In this document: piece after piece, positions 39,470 to 48,400 of the stretch
Numbering within the stretch: position 1 is the first letter of the stretch
Layout of the letters: each line of letters begins with the position of its first letter
Assembly: GCA_963758495.1 (NCBI GenBank)
Contig: CAVWVI010000004.1
Coordinates: forward strand, 128,001 to 192,000
Origin: Oligoflexia bacterium
GTDB taxonomy: Bacteria > Bdellovibrionota > UBA1018
Direction: 5' to 3'
Length of the DNA stretch: 64,000 nucleotides
Made by a program: the position numbers and the translations under genes
The notes under the pieces: model-generated
Seen by the model: the letters and a program-made list of their open reading frames with translations, nothing else
Told to the model about the DNA's origin: nothing
Databases searched by the model: none

Positions 39470-40324
39470 TCACCTTAAACAAAATTGAGGTGACATTTGA
39501 AGGAGTTCGAAATCCAAGTCAGATATAGGGGCTTTAGAATAGGCTAAAGCCCTGAATGGTGCAGCATTGGTTGAGTTACGTACCCGTTCAAGCCAACGAT
39601 GATCAAGCGGATACTCGATGAGATCCATTTGATTTGAGGCAATCGTCGTTTCGGCTTTTTCACCGATTTCACAACCCCTACCCACAAAAAATCCTGCAAG
39701 TAAGAGGGTAGTACGCACCGCTGTAGAGCGCGTATAATTCGTAAGCAAACATGGGATATCAGACTTCAAACACTGCCGTACTCTGGAAAAATGCTCTAGC
39801 GTCCACATCTCCTGATTTCCTATAGGCGAATAGGGATCGTAAAAAATCGCATGGGGTGCCGAAGCATGCCCATTCTTGATTTGATCTCGAAAATCACCCA
39901 GATGAAGTTGCCATTGAATATGCGGTAAAATACTTACTTGATGACTTGTGAGTAATTCTCTTAAAACCTGCTCATAGGGAACTAAATAACCCAGCTCATG
40001 AGCATGTGAGAGTGCAAACTCAATCGGAGCAGTCGTTTGATCGAAACTATGAATCTCTACGTTCGTTTGACCCTGGCGAAGTGCTTCGATCGCTGCAAGT
40101 ACATTTGCAGCGGCTCCAAAACCCACATCCCAAATCACGAACTTCGGAGTCGTTTGACTACAGCGCTCAACTAAGCGTTGCTGTTCAACGTGAAGAACAT
40201 TGGCTTCAACCCACGGCCCTGTGACCGGATGAAAAGTCTCATGATGCGCCAAAGAGCGTAGACTCTTAATTCCAGTTTTGAGTGTAACAATTTCAAACTC
40301 GTTCAAAAATGATTGGCGTTCCAT
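39470..40324 (-). CDS. MnmC/MnmD-type tRNA (mnm5s2U34) methyltransferase domain protein
   Basis: ETFHP...EA, WDVGFGAAAN, FYDPYSP..NQEMWT, YTRSTAVR. Confidence 0.75.
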   Translation of the reverse strand: MERQSFLNEFEIVTLKTGIKSLRSLAHHETFHPVTGPWVEANVLHVEQQRLVERCSQTTPKFVIWDVGFGAAANVLAAIEALRQGQTNVEIHSFDQTTAPIEFALSHAHELGYLVPYEQVLRELLTSHQVSILPHIQWQLHLGDFRDQIKNGHASAPHAIFYDPYSPIGNQEMWTLEHFSRVRQCLKSDIPCLLTNYTRSTAVRTTLLLAGFFVGRGCEIGEKAETTIASNQMDLIEYPLDHRWLERVRNSTNAAPFRALAYSKAPISDLDFELLQMSPQFCLR

Positions 40325-40402
40325 CTATCCATGAGTCTTTACCTGAGTGATCTACACGGGTCAATTACATTTCAGAGTTCAGAATTCGGGAGGCTGGATT
40401 CG

Positions 40403-40536
40403 GGGATCAGGTTCCTGGGATCAGGTTCCTGGAATCAGGTTCCTGGAATCAGGTACCCGGAATCAGGTACCCGGAATCAGGTACCCGGAATCAGGTTCCT
40501 GGAATCAGGTTCCTGGAATCAGGTTCCTGGAATCAG
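40403..40536 (+). repeat. 14-bp tandem repeat GGAATCAGGTTCCT, 9 full units plus a partial unit
   Basis: Counted directly; variants GGGATCAGGTTCCT (x2) and GGAATCAGGTACCC (x3). Confidence 0.95.
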
Positions 40537-40704
40537 CATTCTGAATCCTGCATCCCGGAGTCCCGGAATGACCGACTCCAGAAGATCTGCCTTACCCCTA
40601 TTTCCTGGAATTAGAGGTAAGGCTCCATCGCTCCTTTCTTTTTTCGAGAAACAGCCCCGTTGTCACTTGAGGGCTGTTCCTCAAAAATTCGAAAGGAGCT
40701 TATC
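40534..40704 (+). ncRNA. Candidate structured leader RNA of the four-helix-bundle gene
   Basis: Stems GCCTTACC/GGTAAGGC, AACAGCCC/GGGCTGTT and GCTCCTTTC/GAAAGGAGC (covers the RBS); only 3 differences from the second copy. Confidence 0.5.
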
Positions 40705-41010
40705 ATGGTCCATAATCAATTCAGGAGTTATCAGGTTGCCGTACAAGTCTTCAAAGAGTGTCGGTCACTCCAACTTCCATCGTATCTCAAGGATCAGTGT
40801 CTTCGTGCCGCATCCAGCGTTGTTCTCAACCTTGCAGAGGGTTCAGGCAAGGATTCCCCAGCTGATCGTAGACGCTTCTACCAGATCGCAATGGGTAGCA
40901 CTCGCGAAGTGCAAGCTATTTTAGATCTTGCTGATCGAGTTCCTGCTTCTCTCCGTGATCAAGCTGATCACCTCGGTGCTTGTGTCTACAAGCTCTGCCG
41001 GGCGCTCTAG
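40705..41010 (+). CDS. Four-helix-bundle protein (23S rRNA IVS protein / bAvd-like)
   Basis: F.SYQ.A...LKDQCLRAASSVVLNLAEGSGK....RRRFYQIAMGSTREV; ATG after AAGGAG. Confidence 0.9.
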   Translation: MVHNQFRSYQVAVQVFKECRSLQLPSYLKDQCLRAASSVVLNLAEGSGKDSPADRRRFYQIAMGSTREVQAILDLADRVPASLRDQADHLGACVYKLCRAL

Positions 41011-41025
41011 TTATTTTTCTATTCA

Positions 41026-41057
41026 TTCTCTCTTGAGAGTAAGTTCTCAAGAGAGAA
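41026..41057. terminator. 13-bp hairpin at the 3' end of the left module
   Basis: TTCTCTCTTGAGA-GTAAGT-TCTCAAGAGAGAA. Confidence 0.6.
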
Positions 41058-41128
41058 TTAGATTTTCTTTTATTGGAGTTGATCACGTCATTAATTAATA
41101 GGTTTCGTAAGGATAAATTATCCTCCAT

Positions 41129-41593
41129 TTAAAAATAAAATTTAATCCCTAAATTAAAACCAACCCCTCGTGCTAAATAACTCCAAAATGGTAGTGAGTA
41201 ACCCACCTCTGAAGACATTACAAAATGTCGAGAATCGTTTATCGCATATTCAGTTCCAATGGCATAATTTAAGCCAAGAATATTTGAACTCTCAAATACA
41301 ATAAAGGCACTAGACTTAAAATATGCAGCAAAGGAGGAAAAATCTATAAGTCTAGACATGGTTCCTAAAGTAAACATTGAATAAGCGGTACTTCCTTCAG
41401 GTGAAGGAAGTAATTCAGAAAATTGCGCAAACATAGAGATATGATTACGATCTGACAAAGGAGAATTTATTCCTACGGTGTAGCCGACTTCTGAATTAAT
41501 GGCACTAGGTCCAGCCATTAAAGAGAAAGTAGATGGAACTGAAGCCATACAGGTCGTAGAAAATATTAAACACAAAAATAAAATTTTTTTCAT
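41129..41593 (-). CDS. Small outer-membrane beta-barrel-like protein
   Basis: Signal peptide, alternating beta pattern, C-terminal GFNLGIKFYF beta-signal. Confidence 0.65.
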   Translation of the reverse strand: MKKILFLCLIFSTTCMASVPSTFSLMAGPSAINSEVGYTVGINSPLSDRNHISMFAQFSELLPSPEGSTAYSMFTLGTMSRLIDFSSFAAYFKSSAFIVFESSNILGLNYAIGTEYAINDSRHFVMSSEVGYSLPFWSYLARGVGFNLGIKFYF

Positions 41594-41644
41594 AAAATTT
41601 CTATTAAACTTGAGGTTAGTTTTTATCTAGCCTCAAACATAAAA

Positions 41645-41926
41645 CTATCCAATTGATTTTAGAATCTCTTCTAATATCTGTACTAACGTGTCCTTTGTTG
41701 TAGTAACGCACTCACTTTCTCCACCCACTGACCACACTGAAACTTTGATCATTCCATCTTTTATGGGGGGATCAATACCAATTCGCTTTTCTCCTACACT
41801 GAAAATCCGCAATTGATAATCTTTAAATTCCTTTAAGAATTGTAAATTACTATGCCTTCTTGCGAACGTTTCAATCTCATGATCAATATCTTCAAATAAG
41901 TTTTTTTCTTCTGGCCAATCACTCAT
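41645..41926 (-). CDS. Probable immunity protein
   Basis: MSDWPEEK start after GGAGGTG, overlaps toxin stop; small, no signal peptide. Confidence 0.65.
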   Translation of the reverse strand: MSDWPEEKNLFEDIDHEIETFARRHSNLQFLKEFKDYQLRIFSVGEKRIGIDPPIKDGMIKVSVWSVGGESECVTTTKDTLVQILEEILKSIG

Positions 41927-43253
41927 AAAACACCTCCGGTAATTGTCTCGTATTTTTAAAATTTGAAGCATCAATGGACTTCTCTAGTCTGTATTGAATT
42001 GCACCGCTAGGAGCTTCAAGTGGCATTTCAGTAAAATCATTATGAAATTGCACACTCCCTCTACTCATGGGGGTTCCCGATGGAACATGCACATCTGAAA
42101 TAAGAGTTGGAGTTTTTGGTAGTGCATATTTAATTCGGATTCGTTCTGGAGTTAGTCCTTGAATCGAACTCTTCTTCATAACCCAAGCTTTAACCTTATT
42201 TTCTTCACAATGAACTCTTACCCATTTCGTCTTTTTCACGGTATCGAAGAAAACAACATAGGATCCATGTTCATAAGGCGGCAGATAAGTACCAGGTCCT
42301 TGTGTGAATGCAGCATTAACCTGCGTGGCCTCTCGAATGGAGGTTATGCGATGGCTTTTCTTCCAATCATTTAACAAATGTCCAGCGTGACCAATTAACC
42401 GCTCACCCTCACGTATCGCAATTTCAGCAGCATGCTTATCGGCTATCATGTGCGATGCACGTTGGAAAACCTTAGCCATACCACGTGTTGCCTGGACCAT
42501 GGATCGACCACCACCCGCAGTAACCGCTCCAACGAAGGCAAGGCTTCTTTCAACTAAGGAAAGCTGTAATCCAGTAACTAAGTTCTTCCCTGAGAATAAT
42601 TCATAAGTACTTCGGGCAAATCCAGATACGGGATCAAGACCAACCGCGATATCAAGAAACCCCTTAGCTAGTTCTTTATAAAAATTTGCATCCTCTCCGG
42701 CTCCACGTGAAGAAGACAGATCCGCCTCTTCTACTGAGATTAAACCAAACTCACGTGCCTGTTTTCGGTTTTCATAGTAGGGGTTAATTTTATAGAGGTC
42801 TGTATATATACGTTTTAATTCTTCCTTAATAACACCTTCATTTGCTGTAAACTTGTACGGAAGCTCTAGAGGGTCCGAAATAGAATTAACGTCGATATGC
42901 GGATTGGGCGCTTTTTCTAGCAAATCTTGAGTGAGTCGATTGAGCATATCGTCCACTGATTCTTCAACGGAAAAAGAGTGAATACTTTTCGATAGTTGAA
43001 TGGAAGCTTCAACTACCGCTCTCTTCTGTTCAAGTGCAAGTGCCTCACGTTTTGATGCCTCTGCCTGGTTGCGAATTCCTGAATAATCTATAGGTGCAGC
43101 AGGATGAAACACAGAATTCATATTAGAGGAGCCAATTGAATTACTTACCATTGGACCACCTCCTTCACCACCTATAGTCGTGTGAACATTAAAGCCATCA
43201 GTAGCGTAAACAGAACTAGAGAGTAACGACAATAAAACACTAATTAATCTCAT
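41919..43253 (-). CDS. Secreted polymorphic toxin with pre-toxin TG-like domain and C-terminal toxin domain
   Basis: Signal peptide; LDIAVGLDPVSGFARSTYELFSGKNLVTG..LS..ER (PT-TG-like); tip WVRVH...W.M...IQGLTPERI..KYALP..PT...V.VP.GT.M..G...GAIQY. Confidence 0.75.
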   Translation of the reverse strand: MRLISVLLSLLSSSVYATDGFNVHTTIGGEGGGPMVSNSIGSSNMNSVFHPAAPIDYSGIRNQAEASKREALALEQKRAVVEASIQLSKSIHSFSVEESVDDMLNRLTQDLLEKAPNPHIDVNSISDPLELPYKFTANEGVIKEELKRIYTDLYKINPYYENRKQAREFGLISVEEADLSSSRGAGEDANFYKELAKGFLDIAVGLDPVSGFARSTYELFSGKNLVTGLQLSLVERSLAFVGAVTAGGGRSMVQATRGMAKVFQRASHMIADKHAAEIAIREGERLIGHAGHLLNDWKKSHRITSIREATQVNAAFTQGPGTYLPPYEHGSYVVFFDTVKKTKWVRVHCEENKVKAWVMKKSSIQGLTPERIRIKYALPKTPTLISDVHVPSGTPMSRGSVQFHNDFTEMPLEAPSGAIQYRLEKSIDASNFKNTRQLPEVFYE

Positions 43254-43797
43254 GTTTGCGCTCCTCTGTTAATTTCTCTAGCTCAGCAGCAAGGTCTGTT
43301 TTCATTCTCTGAACTGTGTGTCTCAGGTCTGATTGAACTAAGGGATCTCTTAAGTTAAGACCCTGCTGCATATAGTTCTGCATTAGGTTACGCACATCAG
43401 CTGTATGTCTATCTTTAGCTTCATTTTCGAGGTGATCAAAACGAAAATTGACCTGCTCAACTCTCGTACGCTCAGCCTCAGCGGAGGCTAAATTTGCTTG
43501 TTGTCTTTGAAGTTCAGCAGCCTGTTGCGAGGCATAGTTACGTTCGCAATCAGCCAGATTTTTCTCCTTTTCCTGCCATATCCTATGTTGATTGTGAGCA
43601 ACTAATCCTGGAAATACTCCAAAAACCCCACCCCATCCACCAGTTGCAATGCCCCCGTACGTAGCTATACCTGTGGAAATGCCACTAAAAGTTAAACATA
43701 AGTTTCTAAACTTATCCCTTTCTTCTCTCTCTTTCTCACAAATTGCAAAGGCACTTGCACTATATGACAGCAACAATAAAACTATAATTTTCTTCAT
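43240..43797 (-). CDS. Secreted coiled-coil protein with Gly-rich hydrophobic segment
   Basis: Signal peptide ending AFA; LTFSGISTGIATYGGIATGGWGGVFGVFPGLVA. Confidence 0.7.
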   Translation of the reverse strand: MKKIIVLLLLSYSASAFAICEKEREERDKFRNLCLTFSGISTGIATYGGIATGGWGGVFGVFPGLVAHNQHRIWQEKEKNLADCERNYASQQAAELQRQQANLASAEAERTRVEQVNFRFDHLENEAKDRHTADVRNLMQNYMQQGLNLRDPLVQSDLRHTVQRMKTDLAAELEKLTEERKHEIN

Positions 43798-43799
43798 GA

Positions 43800-44327
43800 T
43801 TATTTGCGCCCAGTTAAATTATTAATTTCTTCCTGGGTCCATCCCCGAACATCACGAAGGAAAGTGATAGCTTCCTGATTATTGGGATCAAGCATAATAA
43901 CCATCGTGGCCCAATACTCTTTAAGAATTGGGTCCTGCTCCTGGTTCATAGCATTAAGAATTTCGTCAAGTGTCTCAACTCGATTTCTTGCTTCTTCTTC
44001 ACGTCTTTTCTGCTCAAACTCTCTACGCCTTTGAGCATCCCGGGTGACTTTCTCTTCCCATTCCCGCCTAGCTTTATCATTGGCTTCTCTAGCCTGCTGA
44101 CGTTCCCATTCTGCTTTCTCAATAATACTTCGTTCTAGCTCAAGCCTTCTTTGCTCTAAAATATGCCTTGCTTTATGCTCTTCTACTTCTACTTTCCTTC
44201 TATTACTCTCTACATCCATACGAACTTGTCGTTCACGTTGCTCTCTCATAGGGTCATGAGACATTCCACTTCCATTATTACCAGCTAAGGCGCTAGATGT
44301 TAATAATGTTAATAAAATGATATACAT
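43800..44327 (-). CDS. Secreted charged coiled-coil protein
   Basis: AGGAG RBS, signal peptide ending ALA, E/R-rich helix. Confidence 0.7.
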   Translation of the reverse strand: MYIILLTLLTSSALAGNNGSGMSHDPMREQRERQVRMDVESNRRKVEVEEHKARHILEQRRLELERSIIEKAEWERQQAREANDKARREWEEKVTRDAQRRREFEQKRREEEARNRVETLDEILNAMNQEQDPILKEYWATMVIMLDPNNQEAITFLRDVRGWTQEEINNLTGRK

Positions 44328-44691
44328 TTGTACTCCTAATGAATCCCTAATTCCTTAACTTCTAAAAAAATATTTTTAATCTTTTATTATAGAGTTATAT
44401 AGAATTCAATAATATTTATAAATATTTATAATAACGACAATACAGCCGTACAATTGTTATGATTGACTCTCAATTTGAGAAGCAAGATTTTATAATCCCT
44501 CATATCACTTTCATTTTTTAGCAATAATCGTGAGAAATTTACGATTCGCCTTTCACGGTACTCTGAGATATGGTTTTAAATATTATTAGGAAAATTGGAT
44601 TTTCAAATATAGTTAAAAGCATTCTTCTTTTTAACTTTGCTCTCAAAGACAGAATTCCCTGAGTGTTAGGATTTGCTAATTAACGCAATAC

Positions 44692-44724
44692 TTCTCTCCT
44701 GAGAGATTTGTTCTCAAGAGAGAA
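44692..44724. terminator. 13-bp hairpin at the 3' end of the right module
   Basis: TTCTCTCCTGAGA-GATTTGT-TCTCAAGAGAGAA; same stem as left copy (one G-U on the coding strand), different loop. Confidence 0.6.
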
Positions 44725-44739
44725 TGAATAGAAAAATAA

Positions 44740-45045
44740 CTAGAGCGCCCGACAGAGCTTATAGACACAAGCACCAAGGTGATCAGCTTGATCACGGAGA
44801 GAAGCAGGAACTCGATCAGCAAGATCTAAAATAGCTTGTACTTCGCGAGTGCTGCCCATTGCGATCTGGTAGAAGCGTCTACGATCAGCCGGAGAATCCT
44901 TACCAGAACCCTCCGCAAGGTTGAGAACCACGCTGGATGCGGCACGAAGACACTGATCCTTGAGATACGATGGAAGTTGGAGTGACCGACACTCTTTGAA
45001 TACTTGTACTCCAACCTGATAACTCCTGAATTGATTATGGACCAT
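44740..45045 (-). CDS. Four-helix-bundle protein (23S rRNA IVS protein / bAvd-like), second copy
   Basis: Identical to 40705..41010 protein except one A-to-G change. Confidence 0.9.
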   Translation of the reverse strand: MVHNQFRSYQVGVQVFKECRSLQLPSYLKDQCLRAASSVVLNLAEGSGKDSPADRRRFYQIAMGSTREVQAILDLADRVPASLRDQADHLGACVYKLCRAL

Positions 45046-45229
45046 GATAAGCTCCTTTCGAATTTTTGAGGAACAGCCCTCAAGTGACAACGGGGCTGTT
45101 TCTCGAAAAAAGAAAGGAGCGATGGGGCCATACCTCTAATTCCAGGAAATAGGGGTAAGGCAGATCTTCTGGGGTCGGTCATTCCGGGACTCCGGGATGC
45201 AGGATTCAGAATGCTGGGCTCAGGTTCCA

Positions 45230-45425
45230 AGGAACCTGATTCCAGGAACCTGATCCCAGGAACCTGATTCCAGGAACCTGATTCCAGGAACCTGATTCCA
45301 GGAACCTGATTCCAGGAACCTGATCCCAGGAACCTGATTCCAGGAACCTGATTCCAGGAACCTGATTCCAGGAACCTGATTCCAGGAACCTGATTCCAGG
45401 AACCTGATTCCAGGAACCTGATTCC
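45230..45425 (-). repeat. 14-bp tandem repeat GGAATCAGGTTCCT, 14 units
   Basis: AGGAACCTGATTCC on + strand, 196 bp = 14 units, two are GATCCC variants. Confidence 0.95.
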
Positions 45426-45451
45426 CGAATCCAGCCTCAAGCTCTATTTTG

Positions 45452-48400
45452 TCATTCAGCATCAACCAAATTAAGAGGAAGTTCTACTATAAAAGTGGAT
45501 CCTATGCCCAGCTTACTTTCGAGCAAAATACGCCCTCCGTGAGCTTGAACAATTTGTTGAGAAATATAGAGCCCCAATCCAAATCCACCGAAATGCCGAA
45601 CTGAGATCGCGCGCTCATAGCGACCAAAAATCCTTGCTTGATCCTTTTCATCAATCCCGATTCCAAAATCTTGAACTGTCAACTTTGCATGATGATTCTT
45701 TACTTCAACCTTAACTTTAATGGGCATTCCAGCCCCATATTTGATTGCATTCGTGAGCAAGTTGACGACAACTTGTTCAATTCGGAGATAGTCCCATCGA
45801 CCACTCACTTTCTCTTTCACCTCAAGCTCGACCTTGCAATTCGCCTGTGACCATTGTGTCTGGTAACGCTCTACTACTTCACAAACTAGCTTGGATAAAT
45901 CAATGACCTCAACATTGAGCCTCAGATGTCCGGTACTAATCCTTGAGACATCCAATAAATCTTCCACCAGTTTGGAAAGTCGGTCCACTTGCTGGTCTGA
46001 AGATTTAAAGAGGTTCAATAAACTCTTTTGAACTGTAGAAGTACCTAAGCTTGGGTCAAAGGTAGGCACTTTAGCAATCAGACCTTTTAAAAGGTGCAAC
46101 TGCATTTTCAGCGGTGTAAGAGGAGTTTTCAATTCGTGGGCAGCAATCATCATGAATTCATCCCGAATCTGAAGTGCTTTCTCGGCTACGGAACGGGCTT
46201 GTTGCTCTTGCTGAATCGAAAATGCAACTTCAAGTGAAATCGCCGCTTGCGAAGCAAGTAGATCAAGAACCGTAACATGTTCCGACGTAAATGCATGAGT
46301 CATGAGGTTATTCTCAAGGTAAAGCAATCCGACCACCCTCGTTCCACGAGTGATCGGGAGGCAAAGCACTGATTTAGGTTGAGCTTTTAAAAGATACCTA
46401 TCCGACTGGAACTTTCCACGTCCGGCGGGAGTGCGAGCATCTCCCAGAATCACCTTTTCTCGGGCGCGTAGAACGAATTGGATGATGGATTCTGAAACAA
46501 GCGAGGAATCTAGCGGAGTCACAGATGCTATTCTCATTTCAATGCCTATTTCGGTAGATAGAGCTTCCGCCTCGATTCGGGGTTTCCCATCGTGAATCAA
46601 AAACAGGTAACCTCTCTGTGCACCACTTTTCTCAATGACAACTTGGACAAGTCGACATATGAGATTTTTGAGCTCAATTTCCCCAGAAATACTCTGGGAC
46701 GCTTTAATCACTGAAAGTAGATCCAAGTGTTCAGGTCGAGTAGCAAAAGTACCTGTACGCTCGGCTTCTGGATGTTCCGCAAGTTGAGGGTAAATTCGCT
46801 CGAGTTGCTTCACTTTTCCGTCGGCCCCCCAACGAGCATAGCAAGCGCGAGCGTCCCTCAGGTAAACTTCTCCAATACGGGTGAAACCACGACCTAGATA
46901 ATAACGAGCAGCAAGATCAAAACCCAATGCTTCATTTTGCGTCAAGCCCTGCTCACGCGCTCTACTAATTGCTTGTTCATAGAGATGTTCAGCTTCAGGA
47001 TGATTCCCTTCGATACGAGCGATTTCAGCTGCTAGAAGTGCATATTTATACTGAAAGTTCTCTGGGGAGTACTCCGACCAAGCACGAAAATGCTCACATT
47101 CTTCACGAAGGGCATTGAGGTGAACTTCACGCTCAACAGACGTAGCTTGATTGAATAGCGCGGCCCTCGTAAGCCCATGAAAATAATGATACTCAGGAAC
47201 TTCCACAAAGGAAGGGGAAGCCCATAGTAATTCCTTAGCTTTCTGTGCGGCTTTAAGCGCCTCATCGTAATTATTTGATAGAAATCGCGCCATCAGTTTC
47301 CAAATGTAATACCAACAAATGCTAATCGCCAAAGAGGCCCGGTTCATTTCAAAATGAGCTTCATAGTGCTCTTCATTAAAATTCTCATCGTTGAACGTAG
47401 AAAAATGATCCGTACGTCCTTGAAGATTCATTATTAATCGTTGTTGGCTGGTAATGATGAGCTCGACCAGCCGAAGTTTTACTTTTCGAACGAATGCTAA
47501 CCCTTCTTCAGAAATACGGTAGACTTCTGAAAGTGGAGCACCTCGCACAATATGGAAGGTGACAAGATTATTATAGTAGTAGCAGACATAGGTCAGGTCT
47601 CCCGTTTGCAACGCTATTTGACGAGCCCTTTGTAAAATATCGTGATTGAGATCAAGGGGTTGTGTCCATGCACTCACTAAGGAAAAATTGATCTGTGCTC
47701 TAGCCTGGTAAACACTCAGCCCATTTCGACCGGTTAGGCTACAGCCGAGCTTTGCGAATCGATAGGCTTCACGATACCGTCCGAAAAAGTGTACTAATAC
47801 CATTCCGAGAAGAACATAACCATAGCCTGAATTGTTTACGTTGCCGAAAAGCACCATTAGATTGGCCACTCGACAAATAAGAAGACAGAGCAGGTTGCCG
47901 CTTGTAGTAAGCACTGTGGTATAGAGCGCAATCAGAACTTCCATAATAATGATTGCATCGGGATCAGTCATAAGAGGAAGATCAATCAGCTCTTCAATGG
48001 TTCGAGTGCCTATATTTCGCTCAAGTTGCTCGTATTCTGCCTGGGGCTCAGCCCAATTGGGATGAGGTAACCAGTGGATTCCGAAATGACGTAAAAAGGC
48101 TAGACCGATTTCGACCGCCTTACGATTATCACCCTGCACTCCACAAAGCACAATCTCGGCGCAAGCGACATCAGCGAGATGCCGCTTAGTCTGTCCCCGA
48201 TCCCGCAACTCAGCTAACAAATCCTTCGCTAATTCGAGATTTCCTATGAGAAATTCAGCCCGTGCTCGCTCCAAATGGAGTTCAAAAGTCAGCACATAAT
48301 GAGAACTCCAAGAGTCTGTTTGCAACAACAACATCCCCATAGAAAAGTAGTTCACTGCCGCAATATATGCAGCCGCAGCCTTAGCTTTGCGTCCTGCAAT

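Larger units (their letters stand above)
40390..41057 (+). mobile_element. Four-helix-bundle module, left copy (tandem array + structured leader + ORF + terminal hairpin)
   Basis: Near-identical inverted copy at 44692..45438. Confidence 0.7.
44692..45438 (-). mobile_element. Four-helix-bundle module, right copy (inverted)
   Basis: Reverse complement of 40390..41057 with a longer tandem array. Confidence 0.7.

Noticed and set aside
40403..40536. CRISPR array (also 45230..45425)
   Set aside because: Units are contiguous 14-mers with no unique spacers, and there are no cas genes
40660..40704. TTG start for the four-helix-bundle ORF as given in the ORF track
   Set aside because: ATG at 40705 follows a strong AAGGAG and family similarity begins there
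40313..40924. 203-aa repeat-containing ORF (and 40347..40544, 44826..45440, 45220..45465)
   Set aside because: Open because the repeat has no stop on that strand; copy differences are synonymous in the four-helix-bundle frame but change residues in this frame
40705..41010. 23S rRNA gene with intervening sequence
   Set aside because: No rRNA sequence flanks either four-helix-bundle gene
40390..45438. Complete DGR or classical IS composite transposon
   Set aside because: No reverse transcriptase, TR/VR pair, DDE transposase or target-site duplication seen
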